From assembly GCF_004010195.1 (NCBI RefSeq), contig NC_057719.1, positions 89,203,484-89,245,013 of the forward strand: a DNA stretch of 41,530 nt, written 5' to 3'. Of this stretch, positions 25,910-37,771 are shown piece by piece (the stretch's first letter is position 1; the number at the start of each line of letters is the position of its first letter). This stretch comes from Chiloscyllium plagiosum. Lineage: Eukaryota. Under the pieces are notes generated by a model that was not told the origin of the DNA, made no database searches, and was given only the letters and a program-made list of their open reading frames with translations. The position numbers and the translations under genes were made by a program.

Positions 25910-27870
25910 TGCCCAGAGTGGAATTCAGAAATAAAAAGGGGATGATCACCTTGATGGGATTGTAGTATGAGCCCCCAAATAGTGACTGAGGTGTTAGTGG
26001 GGGAGCACTTTGGGACCAGTGATCATAATTCCATTGTCTTAAAATAGTTATGGTAAAGGATAGGCTTTGTGTAAAAATTGAAGTTCTGAATTGGAGTAAG
26101 GCCAGTTTTGACAGTATGAGACAGGAACTTTCAAAAAGTTGATTAGAGCAGAGTGTTCACAGATAAAGGGACAGCTAAAAAGTTGGAGGTTTTCAAAAGT
26201 GAGATAATGAGAGTTCAGAGGCAATATGTTCCTGTTAGAATGGAGGGTAGCGGTGGTAGGAGTTGGGATCAATGAATGAATAAAAATTCTGAGGGTCTGA
26301 TCAAGAAGAAAAGGAGGCGTATGTTAAGTATCAATAACTAGACTCAAGTGAAACTCTTCAAGAGCAGAAGCATGTAAGGGCATTATTAAGACAGAAAACA
26401 GGAGGGCAAACTGAAGTGTGGAAGGTTTAGAGGCGACCTGATAGGAGTTTATAAATAGTGAGCAGTATAGATAGAGTTGATGGCCATTGTCCTTTCATTA
26501 AGATGGGGAATTTCAAGAATGGGGCAAATTTTTAAGATGACAGGAGAGAGACTTAGAAAAGACATCAGAGGCAATTTTTTTACATAGAGGGTGGTTCACA
26601 TGTGGAATGAACTTCCCCAGGAAGTATTGGATGTAGGTACAATTATCACATTTAAAAGACATTTGGATAGATAGGGAAAGGTTTGGAGGGATCTTGGTCA
26701 GGAACAGGCAGGTGGAACTAGTTTAGTTTGGGCTTATGTTTGGCATGAACTGGTTGGACTGTGGGGTCTGTTTCCGTGCTGTATGAATATATGACTCAAT
26801 ATGCAACAGCCTTGGCAGAAAAGAAGAATTCAAAGAGATTTGACACCTATAATAGGAGCAAAAGAGCAATTAAGATGAGAATAGGGGCCCGTAAAGATCA
26901 ATGAAGTCATCTATGTGTGGAACTACAGGAGATGGAAGAGCTACTAAATGAAAATTTCATGTCAGTATTTACTGTGAAACATAAGGAACGCATGGAAATA
27001 AAAAGATGTCTTGAAAACAGTCCACATTACAGAAGAGGAGGTGTTGGCAATATTAAAAAAGCATAAAGATGGATAAATCTCAGAGACCTGATCAAGAGTA
27101 TCTCAAGACATTGTGGGAAGCTTCGGAAAAAATTCCAGGTCCCCTAGCAGAGATATTTGTATCATCTACAGCCGCGGGTGAGGTGTCGGAGTACTGGAGG
27201 GTGGCTAATGTTGTTCTCAAAAGGCTGTTAGTAGAAACCTGGCAACTATAGAAGCCTGTGTCTGACATTAGTCTTGGGTAATCTATCAGAGGTGATTTTG
27301 AGAGATAGGATTTATGTGCATCTGGACAGGCAAGGACTGACTAGGGATAGTCAGCATGGTTTTGCATGTGGGAAATCATGCCTCACAACGTGACTGAGTA
27401 TTTTTCAGAATGTGACCAAAAAGATAGATGAAGGCAGAATTGTAGATGTTGTGTACATGAACTTTAGTAAAGCCTTTGACAAGACTGGTTAATAAAGTTA
27501 CATCACATGGGATTCAGGGAGGGCATGCCAACTGGATGCAAAATTGGCTCGATGGTAGGAGACAAAGGATGGTGGTGGAGAATTGTTTTTCAGACTGGAG
27601 GCCAGTGACCACAAGGATCACTGCTGCTCCACTGTTGTTTGTCATTTATGCAAATGATTTGGATGAGAATTTGGTAGGCACGATTAATAAATTTGAAGAT
27701 GTTAACTAAGATTACAAAGTGATCTTGATCAATTCAGTCAGTGGACTGAAGAATGACAAATGGGGTTTAATTTGAATAAATTTTATTTGTATTGGATATT
27801 TGTATTGCATTTTGGCAAGATGAACATGGGCAGGACTTATACAGTTAATGTTAGGACCCTGGGTAACAGA
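25910..27870 (+). mobile_element. Degenerate CR1 ORF2 with a nested CR1 3' end (~26410-26800); continues at ~30030-30300
   Basis: DKSQRPD, WRVANVV, SQHGF, WMQNWLDGRRQRMVVE, PLLFVIYANDLD. Confidence 0.8.
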
Positions 27871-30015
27871 TAAAAGTAAATTACAGTACAGGAACCGACC
27901 CTTTGTCCCTCCAAGTCTGCACCGATCCAGATCCTCTATCTAAATCTGTCATCTATTTTCCAAGGATCAGTATCCCTCTACTCCCTGCTCATTCATGTAT
28001 CTGTCTAGATACATCTTAAGTGACATTATCATGCCCGCTTCTACCACCTCTGCTGGCAAAGCGTTCCAGGTACCCACCACTCTATGCATAAAGAACTTTC
28101 CAAGTATAGTTTGCTTAAACTTTTCCCCTCTCACCTTGAACTTGTGACCCCTAGTAATTGAGTCCCCTACTCTAGGAAAAAGTTTCTTGCTGTCCACCTT
28201 GTCTATACCTCTCATGATTTTGTAGACCTCAGTCAGGTTCCCCCCTCAACCTCTCTCTTTCTATTGAAAATAGTCCTAATCTATTCAATGTCTCTTTATA
28301 GCTAATGCCCTCCATACCAGACAACATCCTGGTGAACCCCCTCTGCACCCTCTCCAAAATATCCACATCCTCCTGGTAATGTGGCAACCAAAACTGTACG
28401 CAGTATTCCAAATGTGGCCAAACCAAAGTCCTTTACAACTTGAAAATGACCTGCCAACTCTTGTACTCAGTATCCTATCTGATGAAGGAAAGCATGCTGT
28501 ATGCCTTCTTGACAACTCCATCAATGTGTGTTACCAACTTCAGGGTACATTGAATCTCTCTATACATCAATTTTCCCCAGGGCTTTTCCATTTATCAAAT
28601 AGTTCACTCTAGAATCGGATCTTCCAAAATGCATCACCTCACATTTGCCCACATTGAACTCCATCTGCCATTTCTCTGTCCCATTTTCCAGATCATGTAT
28701 GTATATTACAAACAATAGTGGTCCCAGCACAGATCCCTGCGGAACACCACTGATCACAGTTCTTCATTTTGAGAAACTCTTTTCCATTACTACTCTCTGT
28801 CTCCAGTTACCCAGCCAGTTCTCTATCCATCTAGCTAGTACACCCTGGACCCTATGTGACTTCACATTCTCCATCGACCTACTATGGGGAACCTTATCAA
28901 ACACCTTATTAAATTCCCTCCATCTACAGCCCTTCCCTCACCAGTCAACCTTGTCACTGCCTCAAAGAATTCCATTAAGTTGATAAGACATGAATTTTTC
29001 TGCACAAAACTATGCTGCCTATCACTGATAAGCCCATTTTCTTCCAAATGTAAATAGATCCTATCCATCAGTATCTTCTCCAGCAGCTTCCCTAACAATG
29101 ACATCAGGATCACAGGGCTATAATTACCTGGATTATCCTTCCTACCCTTCTTAAACAAGAGGACAACATGATGAATTCTGAGATCTCACCCGGGTTCAAG
29201 GATGCTACAAAGATATTTGTTAAGGCCCCAGCTATTTCCTCTCTCCCTTCCCTCAGTAACCTGGGATAGATCCCATTTGGACCTGGGAACTTGTCTACCT
29301 TAGTGCCTATTAGAATGCCCAACACTTCCTCCCTCCTTCTACTGACTTGACCTAGAATAATCCAACATCTATCCCTAAACTCAACATCCACCATGTCCCT
29401 CTCCTTGATGAATACCAATACAAAGTCCTCATTAAGAATCTCACTCATTTTCTCTGTCTCCACGCATAACATTCCTCCTTTGTCCTTGAATGGGCCACCC
29501 CTGTCTCTTGTTACCCTCTTACTCCTTATATGCAAATAAAAGGCTTTGGGATTTTCCTTAATCCAGTTTGCTAAAGATATTTCATGACCCCTTTAACCCT
29601 CTTCATTCCTCATTTCAGATTGGTTCTACTTTCCCAATATTCTTCCCAAGGTTAATCTAGACCTTATGTATGCTTCTTTTTTCCTCTTAGCTAGTTTCAC
29701 AATTTCACCCATTGTCCATGGTTCCCTAATCTTGCCATTTCTATCTGTCATTTTCACAGGGTCTTGTCTGTTCTGCACTCTCATCAACCTCTTTTTAAAA
29801 GCCTCCCACATATCTAATGTGGAATTACCCTAAAACAACTGCTCCCAATCTACATTCCCCAGATCCTGCCAAATTTTGCAATAGTTGGCCTTCCCACAAT
29901 TTAGCACACTTCCTTTAGGACCACTCTCATCTTTGTCCATGAGTATTCTAAAACTTACGAAAGTATGATCACTATTCCCCAAGTAATCTCCTACTGAAAC
30001 TCCAACCACCTGTCC
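27870..30015 (-). mobile_element. CR1 LINE (5'-truncated), antisense insertion
   Basis: [54 protein letters not shown]. Confidence 0.9.
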
Positions 30016-30304
30016 GCCAACACCTGGCAGAACAGAGAGAGAGAGAGACCTAGGGGTTCAGGTATATAGTTCCTTGCAAGTTGTGTCACAGATAAACAGG
30101 ATGATGAAGAAGGTTGCCTTCATTGCTCAGACCATTAAGTAGAGAATTTGGGACATCATGTTGTGATTGTACAGGATATTGGTGAGGCCACTTTTGGAGT
30201 ACTGTATACAGTTCTAGTTACCCTGCTGTAGGAAGGATATTGTTAAATTGAAGAGGGTTCAGAAAAGATTTACAAAGATGGAGGATTCGAGCTATGGGCA
30301 GAAC

Positions 30305-30860
30305 AAATAACACAGAGAAGTATAGCACAGGAACAGGCCCTTCAGCTCTCCAAGCCTGTGCCAATCATCATGCCCTAACTAAACTAAAAAAACAAATTTT
30401 CTGCCCTTATTCGATATGTATTCCTCTATTCCCTCCCTCTTCATGTAACCATCCAGATGTCTCTTAGATGTCACCAATGTGCCTGCTTCCACACCTCATT
30501 TGACAATGTGTTCCAAGTTCCAACCATCTCTGTGTGAAAAACGTCCCTCGCACATTTCCCTTAAACTTTCCCCCTCTAACCTTGAAACCGTGTTCCCTTG
30601 TAATTGAAGCATCAATGCAGGAAAAAGCTCTGACTAACCACCCTATCCATTCCTCTCACAATTTAGTGGATCTTGACGACGTCTCCTCTGGGCTGCCATC
30701 TTTCCAATGGAAACAATCCTAGTATTTTTAACCTTTCCCCATAACTAATACCCTCGAGACCAGGCAACATCATGGTGAACCTTCTATGCACTCTTTCCAA
30801 AGCTTCCACCTCCTCCTGGTAATGTGACAATCAAAACAGCACACACTACTCCAAATACTC
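30305..30860 (-). mobile_element. CR1 3' fragment
   Basis: Similar in sequence and orientation to 27880-28420. Confidence 0.75.
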
Positions 30861-30975
30861 TCACTGGGGTCTCCAAGTTTGGGCCCATCCAAAATACTGG
30901 ATTAACCTGAGTCCAGGTTCCATGACTTTTCTATCTCTGAGACAGGCTGTGGTGCCACCACAATAGAATGTGGTG

Positions 30976-32220
30976 GGACTCCCTTCCCTTCCTGGACCTC
31001 TCCATCTCCGTTAATGATGACCGACTTGACACCGACATTTTTACAAACCTACTGACTCCCACAGCTGCCTGGATTACACCTCTTCCCACCCTACCTCCTG
31101 CAAAAATGCCAACCCGTATTCCCAATTCCTCCGCCTCCACCGTATCTGCTCCCAGGGAGGACCAGTTCCACCACAGAACACACCAGATGTCCTCCTCCTT
31201 GAGAGACCGCAATTTCCCTTCCCACGTGGTTAAAGATGCCCTCCAACGCATCTCGTCCACATCCTGCACATCCGCCCTCAGACCCCACCCCTCCAACCGT
31301 AACAAGGACAGAACGCCCCTGGTGCTCACCTTCCACCCTACAAACCTCCGCATAAACCAAATCATCCGCCGACATTTCCGTCACCTCCAAATGGACTCCA
31401 CCACCAGGGGTATATTTCCCTCCGCAACCCTTTCCACCTTCCGCAAAGACCGTTCACTCCGTGACTACCTGGTCAGGTCCACGCCCCCCTACAACCCACC
31501 CTCCCATCCTGGAACCTTCCCCTGCCACCGCAGGAATTGCAAAACCTGCGCCCACACCTCCTCCCTCACCTCCATCCAAGGCTCTACAGGAACCTTCCAC
31601 ATCCATCAAAGTTTTACCTGCACATCCACTAATATCATTTATTATATCCGTTGCTCCCAATGCGGTCTCCTCTACATTGGGGAGACTGGACGCCCCCTAG
31701 CAGAGCGATTTAGGGAACATCTCCGGGACACCCGCACCAATCAACCACATCACCCCATGGCCCAACATTTCAACTCCCCCTCCCACTCTGCCGAGGACAT
31801 GGAGGTCCTGCGCCTCCTTCACCGCCGCTCCCTCACCACCAGACGCCTGGAGGAAGAACACCTCATCTTCCAGGGCATCAATGTGGACTTCAACAGTTTC
31901 CTCATTTCCCCTTCCCCCACCTCACCCCAGTTCCAAACTTTCAGCTCTGCACTATCCCCATGACTTGTCCTACCTGCCTGTCTTCTTTTCCACCTATCCA
32001 CTCCACCCTCCTCCCTGACCTATCACCTTCATCCCTTCCCCCACTCAACCTATTGTACTCTATGCTACTTTCTCCCCACCCCACCCTCCTCTCACTTATC
32101 TCTCTACCCTTCAGGCTCTCTGCCTTTATTCCTGATGAAGGGCTTTTGCCCGAAACGCCGATTTTACTGCTCCTTGGATCCTGCCTGAACTGCTGTGCTC
32201 TTTCAGCACCATTAATCCAG
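30976..32220 (+). mobile_element. 5'-truncated Penelope-like element (family A, Neptune-like): RT C-terminus, Cys linker, GIY-YIG endonuclease, pseudo-LTR
   Basis: LPFLDL; CHRRNCKTC linker; NIIYYIRCSQCGLLYIGETGRPLAERFREH; hammerhead at 32132-32159 with GUC>GCC. Confidence 0.92.
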
Positions 32221-32337
32221 ATACTCATTCCACTACACCTGCCTCCATGGACTTGAATACATCCACCACGGTGACGAAATCCCCAAAACTATCAGTAGCC
32301 ATCAATTGCGCCTTCACTGCATCACTTGATTTAGCAC

Positions 32338-32510
32338 AAAGTCAAAATCACACAACACCAGATTATAGTCCAACAGGTTTAATTCAGGTGGTTGAAGGAG
32401 CAGCACTCCAAAAGCTAGTGCTTCCGATTTAACCTTTTGGACGATAACCTGGTGTTAGGTGATTTTTAACTTTGTACACCCCAGTCCAACGCCGGTATCT
32501 CCAAATTTTC
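32338..32510. mobile_element. Foldback PLE family B pseudo-LTR fragment
   Basis: 9-bp TSD atttagcac (32329-32337, 32511-32519); ~45-bp internal inverted repeat around a hammerhead remnant. Confidence 0.75.
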
Positions 32511-32863
32511 ATTTAGCACGGTTTCGATCAGTAGCTCAGCAATAGGGAACTTCACTCCATGTGTCCCATTACCTCAAAAGTGTGAGAGGTGGCCTATAAC
32601 CAACAGGAAGGAGGAGTGACAGTCAGACACCAAGGAAGTATCCTTCGAGGTGCCATGTTGCACCACGTCAGGCTGAGGAAATTGTATGTGCACCTATGCC
32701 TGTGCAGGACAGTCACACAGGCCAGGGCTCTCTAGGCACTGTGCCACAAGTGTATCATTACCAAAGTCTTCTTTGGCAAGGCAGTAAAACAATTTGCAGG
32801 ATTCCACCTATGAAAACACCAACCCAATCCAAGAGGCACAGTGAGCTGACCACGACCCGGAAT

Positions 32864-33183
32864 GATTAGGTTAGATTACTTACAGTGTGAAAACAGGCCC
32901 TTTGGCCCAACAAGTATACACCAACCCACCGAAGCGCAACCCACCCAGACCCATTCCCCTACATTTACCCCTTCACCTAACACTACAGGCAATTTAGCAT
33001 GGCCAATTCACCTAACCTGCACATTTTTGGACTGTGGGAGGAAACCAGAGCACTCAGAGGAAACCCATGCAGACATGGGGAGAATGTGCAAACTCCACAC
33101 AGACAGTTGCCTGAGGCAGAAATTGAACCCGGGTCTCTGGCGCTGTGAGGCAGCAGTGCTAACTACTGAGCCACCATGCCGCC
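32864..33183 (-). mobile_element. HE1-like SINE
   Basis: Reverse complement of the 25483-25790 type. Confidence 0.92.
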
Positions 33184-33439
33184 AATGGAATCAGCCCCGA
33201 CAGCTCCTCGACCCAGTGGAAGCCCGACTGACCTGAGACCAGTAGCAGCGCAGTCTTAGTGATGCCCCAACTGTCCTAAGGCTGGCCCCTGATCCCATGT
33301 CTACCAGAATCAGTGGAAGCTTGGTCTGATCAATCCCAACACTAACCTGTGGGAAGTGAAGACTCGCTCCATCAGAACCTGGGACTGCTGAAGAATAGAA
33401 AGTCCACCACCGGGGCTAGCCCCAGAGCAGACCAGACCA

Positions 33440-34112
33440 ACCTGGATCTGACCTACAACCTTGTGACCTCCAGCCCCTGGGGAGGCTCAGCCTGACCAGA
33501 TTGGACTCACTTATCTTCTGGAGCAGGAGACTTGCATAACTGACCCTGTCCAGGTGCAGGAAACCTACAAGGAAATTGGAGAACATGTGCTGGCCCGAAG
33601 ATGAGGTTAAAACAACAGTTTCAAGACGCCTCTCCCCAGCATTCTATTAGCAAATGTCCAGGCTATTGGAAATAAACTGGATGAACTCAGATCCAGATTT
33701 ACCTTCCAGCGGGAGCTGAGAGGCTCACTCACGGAAAAATGGCTCAGCCTGCTATTCCCAACTACACCATACAAGCTGACGGGTTCTCCATACGCTGCAT
33801 GGAATGCATGGCATCCTCGAGCAAGGCGAAAGGTGGTGGGTATGCTTCCTGATTAACGCCACCTGGTGCTCAGACATAGTGACCTGACAAGCCATTGCTA
33901 CCCCGGACCTAGAATACCTTCCAGCAAAATGCCGTCCCTGCGATCTACAATGAGAGTTCACCTCTGCCATCCTGACAGCTTTCTACATTCCATCCAATGC
34001 AGATGTGAAAGATGCTCTAGACATGATTTGCACTGCCACAAATGCTCTAGAGATAAAATTCCCTGAGGCCCGATTCATTGTGCCCAGCAACATCAACCAG
34101 GCCAACCTCGAA
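33440..34112 (+). mobile_element. Rex1/Babar-type LINE APE fragment
   Basis: PSILLANVQAIGNKLDELRSR..KGGGVCFLINATWC..PDLEYL..EFTSAILTAFYI. Confidence 0.7.
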
Positions 34113-34116
34113 GGAC

Positions 34117-34316
34117 TCATAGAGATGTAAGTACAGAAATAGACTCTTTGGTCCAACTTGTCCATGCCAACCAGATATGCTTAATTAATCTAGTCCCATT
34201 TGCCAGCACCTGGTCCATAACCCTCCAAACCCCTCCTATTTATATACCCATCAGATACCTTTTAAATGCTGTAATTGTACCAGACTCCATCACTTCCTCT
34301 GACAGCTCATTCCATA
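34117..34316 (-). mobile_element. CR1 3' fragment (provirus integration target)
   Basis: catagagatgta tail, homologous to 6630-6840 inverted; cut abruptly at 34316 by the LTR. Confidence 0.85.
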
Positions 34317-35043
34317 TGTTAGCGCGGATGAAATGATATCAGTCCGAGCCCAGAGTGCGGTTCAACAATCGGTAATGTTTATTGATACAGTAACACTGGC
34401 AGAGACCAACTGAGGTCCGAATCTCGGCTGTTCTGCTGTTCCCGCGCGCTGCTACACATTATATACCTTTCTTTGTCAGGATGTGAGGATTTTGAGTATG
34501 AATGGGATGATAGTTCCCCATCATCGCTGGAGTAGGTGGAAATGGTGGGTTTCCTGCCGTCCCAGGAGAATTGCAGTGTACACACAATAGGGTGCTAATT
34601 GGATTATGTAAACGGGTCCGGGTACTATCTGCTTGTCTCTCTCTGTGAGGGCTGGGGGCTAGCACCCCCTTTGTTCCCTTGGGGTGCTGGTGTGTATTAG
34701 TCTATTCGTTCCTGTCTGATGGATGCCTGTCCTTTGTGTCAGGATGGTTCTGTATTAATGAATATGGGTGTGTTTCAGTCAGTCTCTTGATTTGATTAGG
34801 AGATGGGTTTCCATATTAATTAGCTCCGGAGTTTCGGTCTATGAGTCATGGTTAGTGTCTGGCCGAGTGTGGATTTGATCTATCCTCTGGCTCCCATCTC
34901 CCTGTCACGTGGGCGGACCGGCAGCTGCTGAGTTCTGTGGGTTTAAGCTGCGGCTGCCGTTTAAAACACAAAATGAATTCCTATAGTTTTACCGATGTAG
35001 GCATAGTCCCGTGGCAAATGCGGGGCGGTTCTGATGCCCGCTT
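34317..35043 (-). repeat. 3' LTR (minimum extent; U3 start not determinable)
   Basis: Aligns to 40827-41530 with about 16 substitutions, a 24-nt and a 1-nt indel (manual count); ends ...GCTAACA on minus; TATATAA 34459-34465, AATAAA 34378-34383, CCAAT 34598-34602. Confidence 0.95.
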
Positions 35044-35281
35044 GCAGCCTGAATGTTGGAGAGAGGTTGAGACGTGCATTAGGTCTCTTACAGAACAGAA
35101 TCACAGAATTAAGCAATGCAGAGAATATCTGGACTGAGCTGATAGCCAGGAGATCCATGTAAATGTTTCCAATCCAGCTCACGGTTTTGTGAGAGCACTC
35201 GAACATGTCTATTTGAGGCTTAAGAAGGATTTTGTTCTTTAGCCTCTAACTGTACGGAGATAAGTTACTCGCCGCGTGTTT
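34961..35281 (-). CDS. Candidate accessory exon/ORF overlapping U3
   Basis: Acceptor cctttacctgtatttttcAG (35283-35282) followed by a ~107-codon frame with one stop; includes the 81-aa ORF 34961-35206 with hydrophobic LLAISSVQIFSALLNSVILFC then KR. Confidence 0.3.
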
Positions 35282-35411
35282 CTGAAAAATACAGGTAAAG
35301 GTGGCACAGCAGGTCAGACAAAAACACCCAAAGATCTTTGGGAGTTCCTTTATAATCAAAAACAAGACAGAACCGATGGGTGAAGGCAATATCTTGTACA
35401 CCGGAAGTAAG

Positions 35412-35562
35412 TTTGTTTTTATTCATTCATGGGTTGAGGGTACCTCAGCCTGGGCAGCATTTATTACCCATCCCTAATTGCCCGGACAGTAGTTTACGTA
35501 TCAACCACATTGCTGTGGGTCTGGAGTCACAGGTAGGCCAGGCCAGGTAAGGATGGCAGTTT
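35412..35562 (-). mobile_element. SINE/LINE 3' tail fused to the truncated env
   Basis: Minus: aaactgccatccttacctgg...ggcaattagggatgggtaataaatgc...catgaatgaataaaaa, recognised as a common shark non-LTR tail; family uncertain. Confidence 0.7.
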
Positions 35563-36991
35563 AAGGGGTGAGGGCAGATGGTAATTGCCCCCCGCCGCTT
35601 GCAGCCTGTAAGCGGCACCCTGTACACAGCGCCGTTTCGAAATATGGCTGTGTGGTGAGCTAATCGATATTTGAGGGAAGCGTTTTCCCATATGACTCCG
35701 ATGTTCTCAATGTGAAACAGGGGAAATGGCTCAGACCCTGGGGTGACCACGGGGATCAGGAGGACAATCCCGACTCCTGTTGCCTCACTGACCTCAAAGT
35801 CGGGCATCACTGGGTATACTCTGGCCATACCCTTCAGAGTCCGGCTGTCGAGCGGCCCTGAGCGCCCCGCGAGTGAGGCCAGTTTGGCGCTGTCGATCCA
35901 GTCGGGCACCTCCTCGCTTTGGACCTGGTCAAGATTATGCTGGATCTGGGCTACCATCCACAGGCCATACGCATGGCACAGCTGCCCCTCGTGGATATGG
36001 GCCGTGTTTTCTCTTTCCTGGTCTATAAGGCGGTTAATGGTGTGGGCGTGTGTCTCCAGGACTACAATGCCGTCGAGCTGGATGTATGCTCCCTCTTCCC
36101 CCAGGAGTGCCTGGTCTGCCTGATTTGTGAGAGCCCTCTGTAGCAGGTCCGTCACTACCCCTTTTAGTTGCTCGACCTTTTCGTTAAGGTCCTAGATGTC
36201 TAGGGAGTTTACTACGGATGTCCCCGTGTTGAGTCCTGTGAGAGCATCGTTGACTATGTCCCATCTGTGTCGTTGTGTGTGTGTGTTATGTATGTCGGTC
36301 CAGTAGTGGGTTGCCCCCATGGCGTCTATGGCCCTCTCTATAACTTCCTTCCCCATCATGGCATATAGGTTGCGTACCTGTGCTGTGCAATAGTCCGGTA
36401 CCCGGATATATTGACCAGCACAGGTATGACCTCGTGTCGGACGTTGTCATAAAGGGCCTCTCCCTCATCCCACAATACCAGTCCCCCCGCGGGCCCCGGT
36501 CCCAGAGAGGGGCACGGCAATATCTCGGGAGTCGTGGTCGGGGGTGGTGTGGTTGGGGCAGGTGGAAAGCACAAATACAAGGAGATTACCGCGGCATTGG
36601 TGGGTGCATAATACCCGCATACAGACAGATCCCGTAAAGTAAAAGCATCAAAGGCCTGGGCAGAGGCGAGGTCCTCCGGCATGGCACACATTGTCCCGAA
36701 CATGCAACCCCCCAAGTCCATCGCCTCAGCACGCCGGAGGCAGGTCGGACGCGGGTCGCACTCCGACGTGCAGAATAAACAGAGTGTCTGTACGCCCGCG
36801 AGGACCTCCAGCCAGGCGTTGTAGAACGCGTCGATCTTGTCGGGCTTGTCCCTTGCAGGAATACAGATGGCGTCAGACGCATTGAAGGAAACACCGTGGC
36901 GGTAGAAGTTGTCATGTATCTCGGGGAAGGAAGGCACTAGTCGTAGGGCGAAGAGGAGAGCAGGGAGGACAGCGGTGCACTGGTGAAGCAT
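35563..36991 (-). pseudogene. env: Envelope glycoprotein, class I F-protein-like; frameshift ~36400, stop 36192-36194, C-terminally truncated
   Basis: Signal peptide MLHQCTAVLPALLFALRLVPS; Cys-rich domain; PT-rich hinge; RHRW (decayed RHRR furin site, 36261-36272); DIVNDALTGLNTGTSVVNSLDI; heptad DLNEKVEQLKGVVTDLL; IPVV..LFHIENIG; GC..ITICP. Confidence 0.85.
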
Positions 36992-36994
36992 GAT

Positions 36995-37027
36995 CTGTGG
37001 GAAGAGAGGGAGAGAGAGAGAGAGGGG
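36995..37027 (-). promoter_or_regulatory. env splice acceptor
   Basis: Long polypyrimidine tract cccctctctctctctctccctctcttcccacAG|atcATG directly before the env start. Confidence 0.75.
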
Positions 37028-37173
37028 CACCCTTACCAAGGGTGTAGGGTTAGTGTGTGTGGGAGCAGGCCCCCCGGACCGGTCTGCCCATCGCGCTGTA
37101 AGGAGAAAAAGGAGGCGGTTAGAGTCACGTCAAAGGGTGGGGGGGGGGGGGGGGTTGTCTGTCCGGTCGGGGT

Positions 37174-37628
37174 TTAAGGGTAGGGTTTAATCTGGGACCA
37201 GTGTTTCCATCTGCCCTTTCCTTTCATGTCAACACAGGCGCAAGTGTCGCTGGTGAGGATGATTTTGTGCGGTCTCAGCCACCGGGGGGGCGAAGCCGGG
37301 CCGGTCGGGGGCGGCCCTGACCAGGACTTTGTCCCCAACGCCGGGAAGGGGTTGGGCGGGCGGATGCGGTTGCAGTTTTGTCTGGTCCCTAATGTCCTGC
37401 TGCTCGCGCACAGTTTGTCTCAGGGCCCGCAGCTGCGTGTCCAGCTGCCTGATATAGCACGTCACCCTGTCCCTCAGGGGGGCCATGTCTTCCCCCCGGA
37501 CCATGACGTTCTCTGGTAGTCGCATGGCCCTCCCCGTCATGAGCTTGAAGGGAGTGAGGCCACTGGAGCGGCCTGGGGTGGCCCTTAAGCGCGTCAGTAT
37601 GCAGGGCAGAACGTCCACCCAGCCCTGC
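37174..37628 (-). pseudogene. pol: Integrase C-terminal part (one frameshift in the C-run at ~37285)
   Basis: WVDVLPCILTRLRATPGRSSGLTPFKLMTGR..VGDKVLV..PRWLRPHKIILTSDTCACVDMKGKGRWKHWSQIKPYP*, the GPY/F-type tail of gamma/epsilon-like retroviral IN. Confidence 0.88.
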
Positions 37629-37760
37629 GATTGCCTCAGTGGCGCGCAGCGCCTCAGGTTTAATCGGGTTTTGTCAGTGCGGGGCGTGTATGAGACCGGG
37701 TATCCGCTCAGGAGGGGAGCGGACGAGGCCGCAGTCCTGCTTGCTCGCGGCCCACACCTC
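37629..37760 (-). pseudogene. pol: N-terminal remnant of reverse transcriptase
   Basis: Manual translation EVWAASKQDCGLVRSPPERIPGLIHAPH*QNPIKPEALRATEAI matches the retroviral RT start P.VWA...D.G...QYP..EA. Confidence 0.7.
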
Positions 37761-37771
37761 CGAACTAGTTG

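Noticed and set aside
24540..34112. Inverted similarity between 24540-25030 and 33440-34110
   Set aside because: Explained by two copies of one Rex1/Babar-type LINE family; no shared flanks seen
34379..34665. Two 68-aa ORFs repeated in both LTRs
   Set aside because: They are duplicated only because the LTRs are, overlap TATA/R, and show no coding signature
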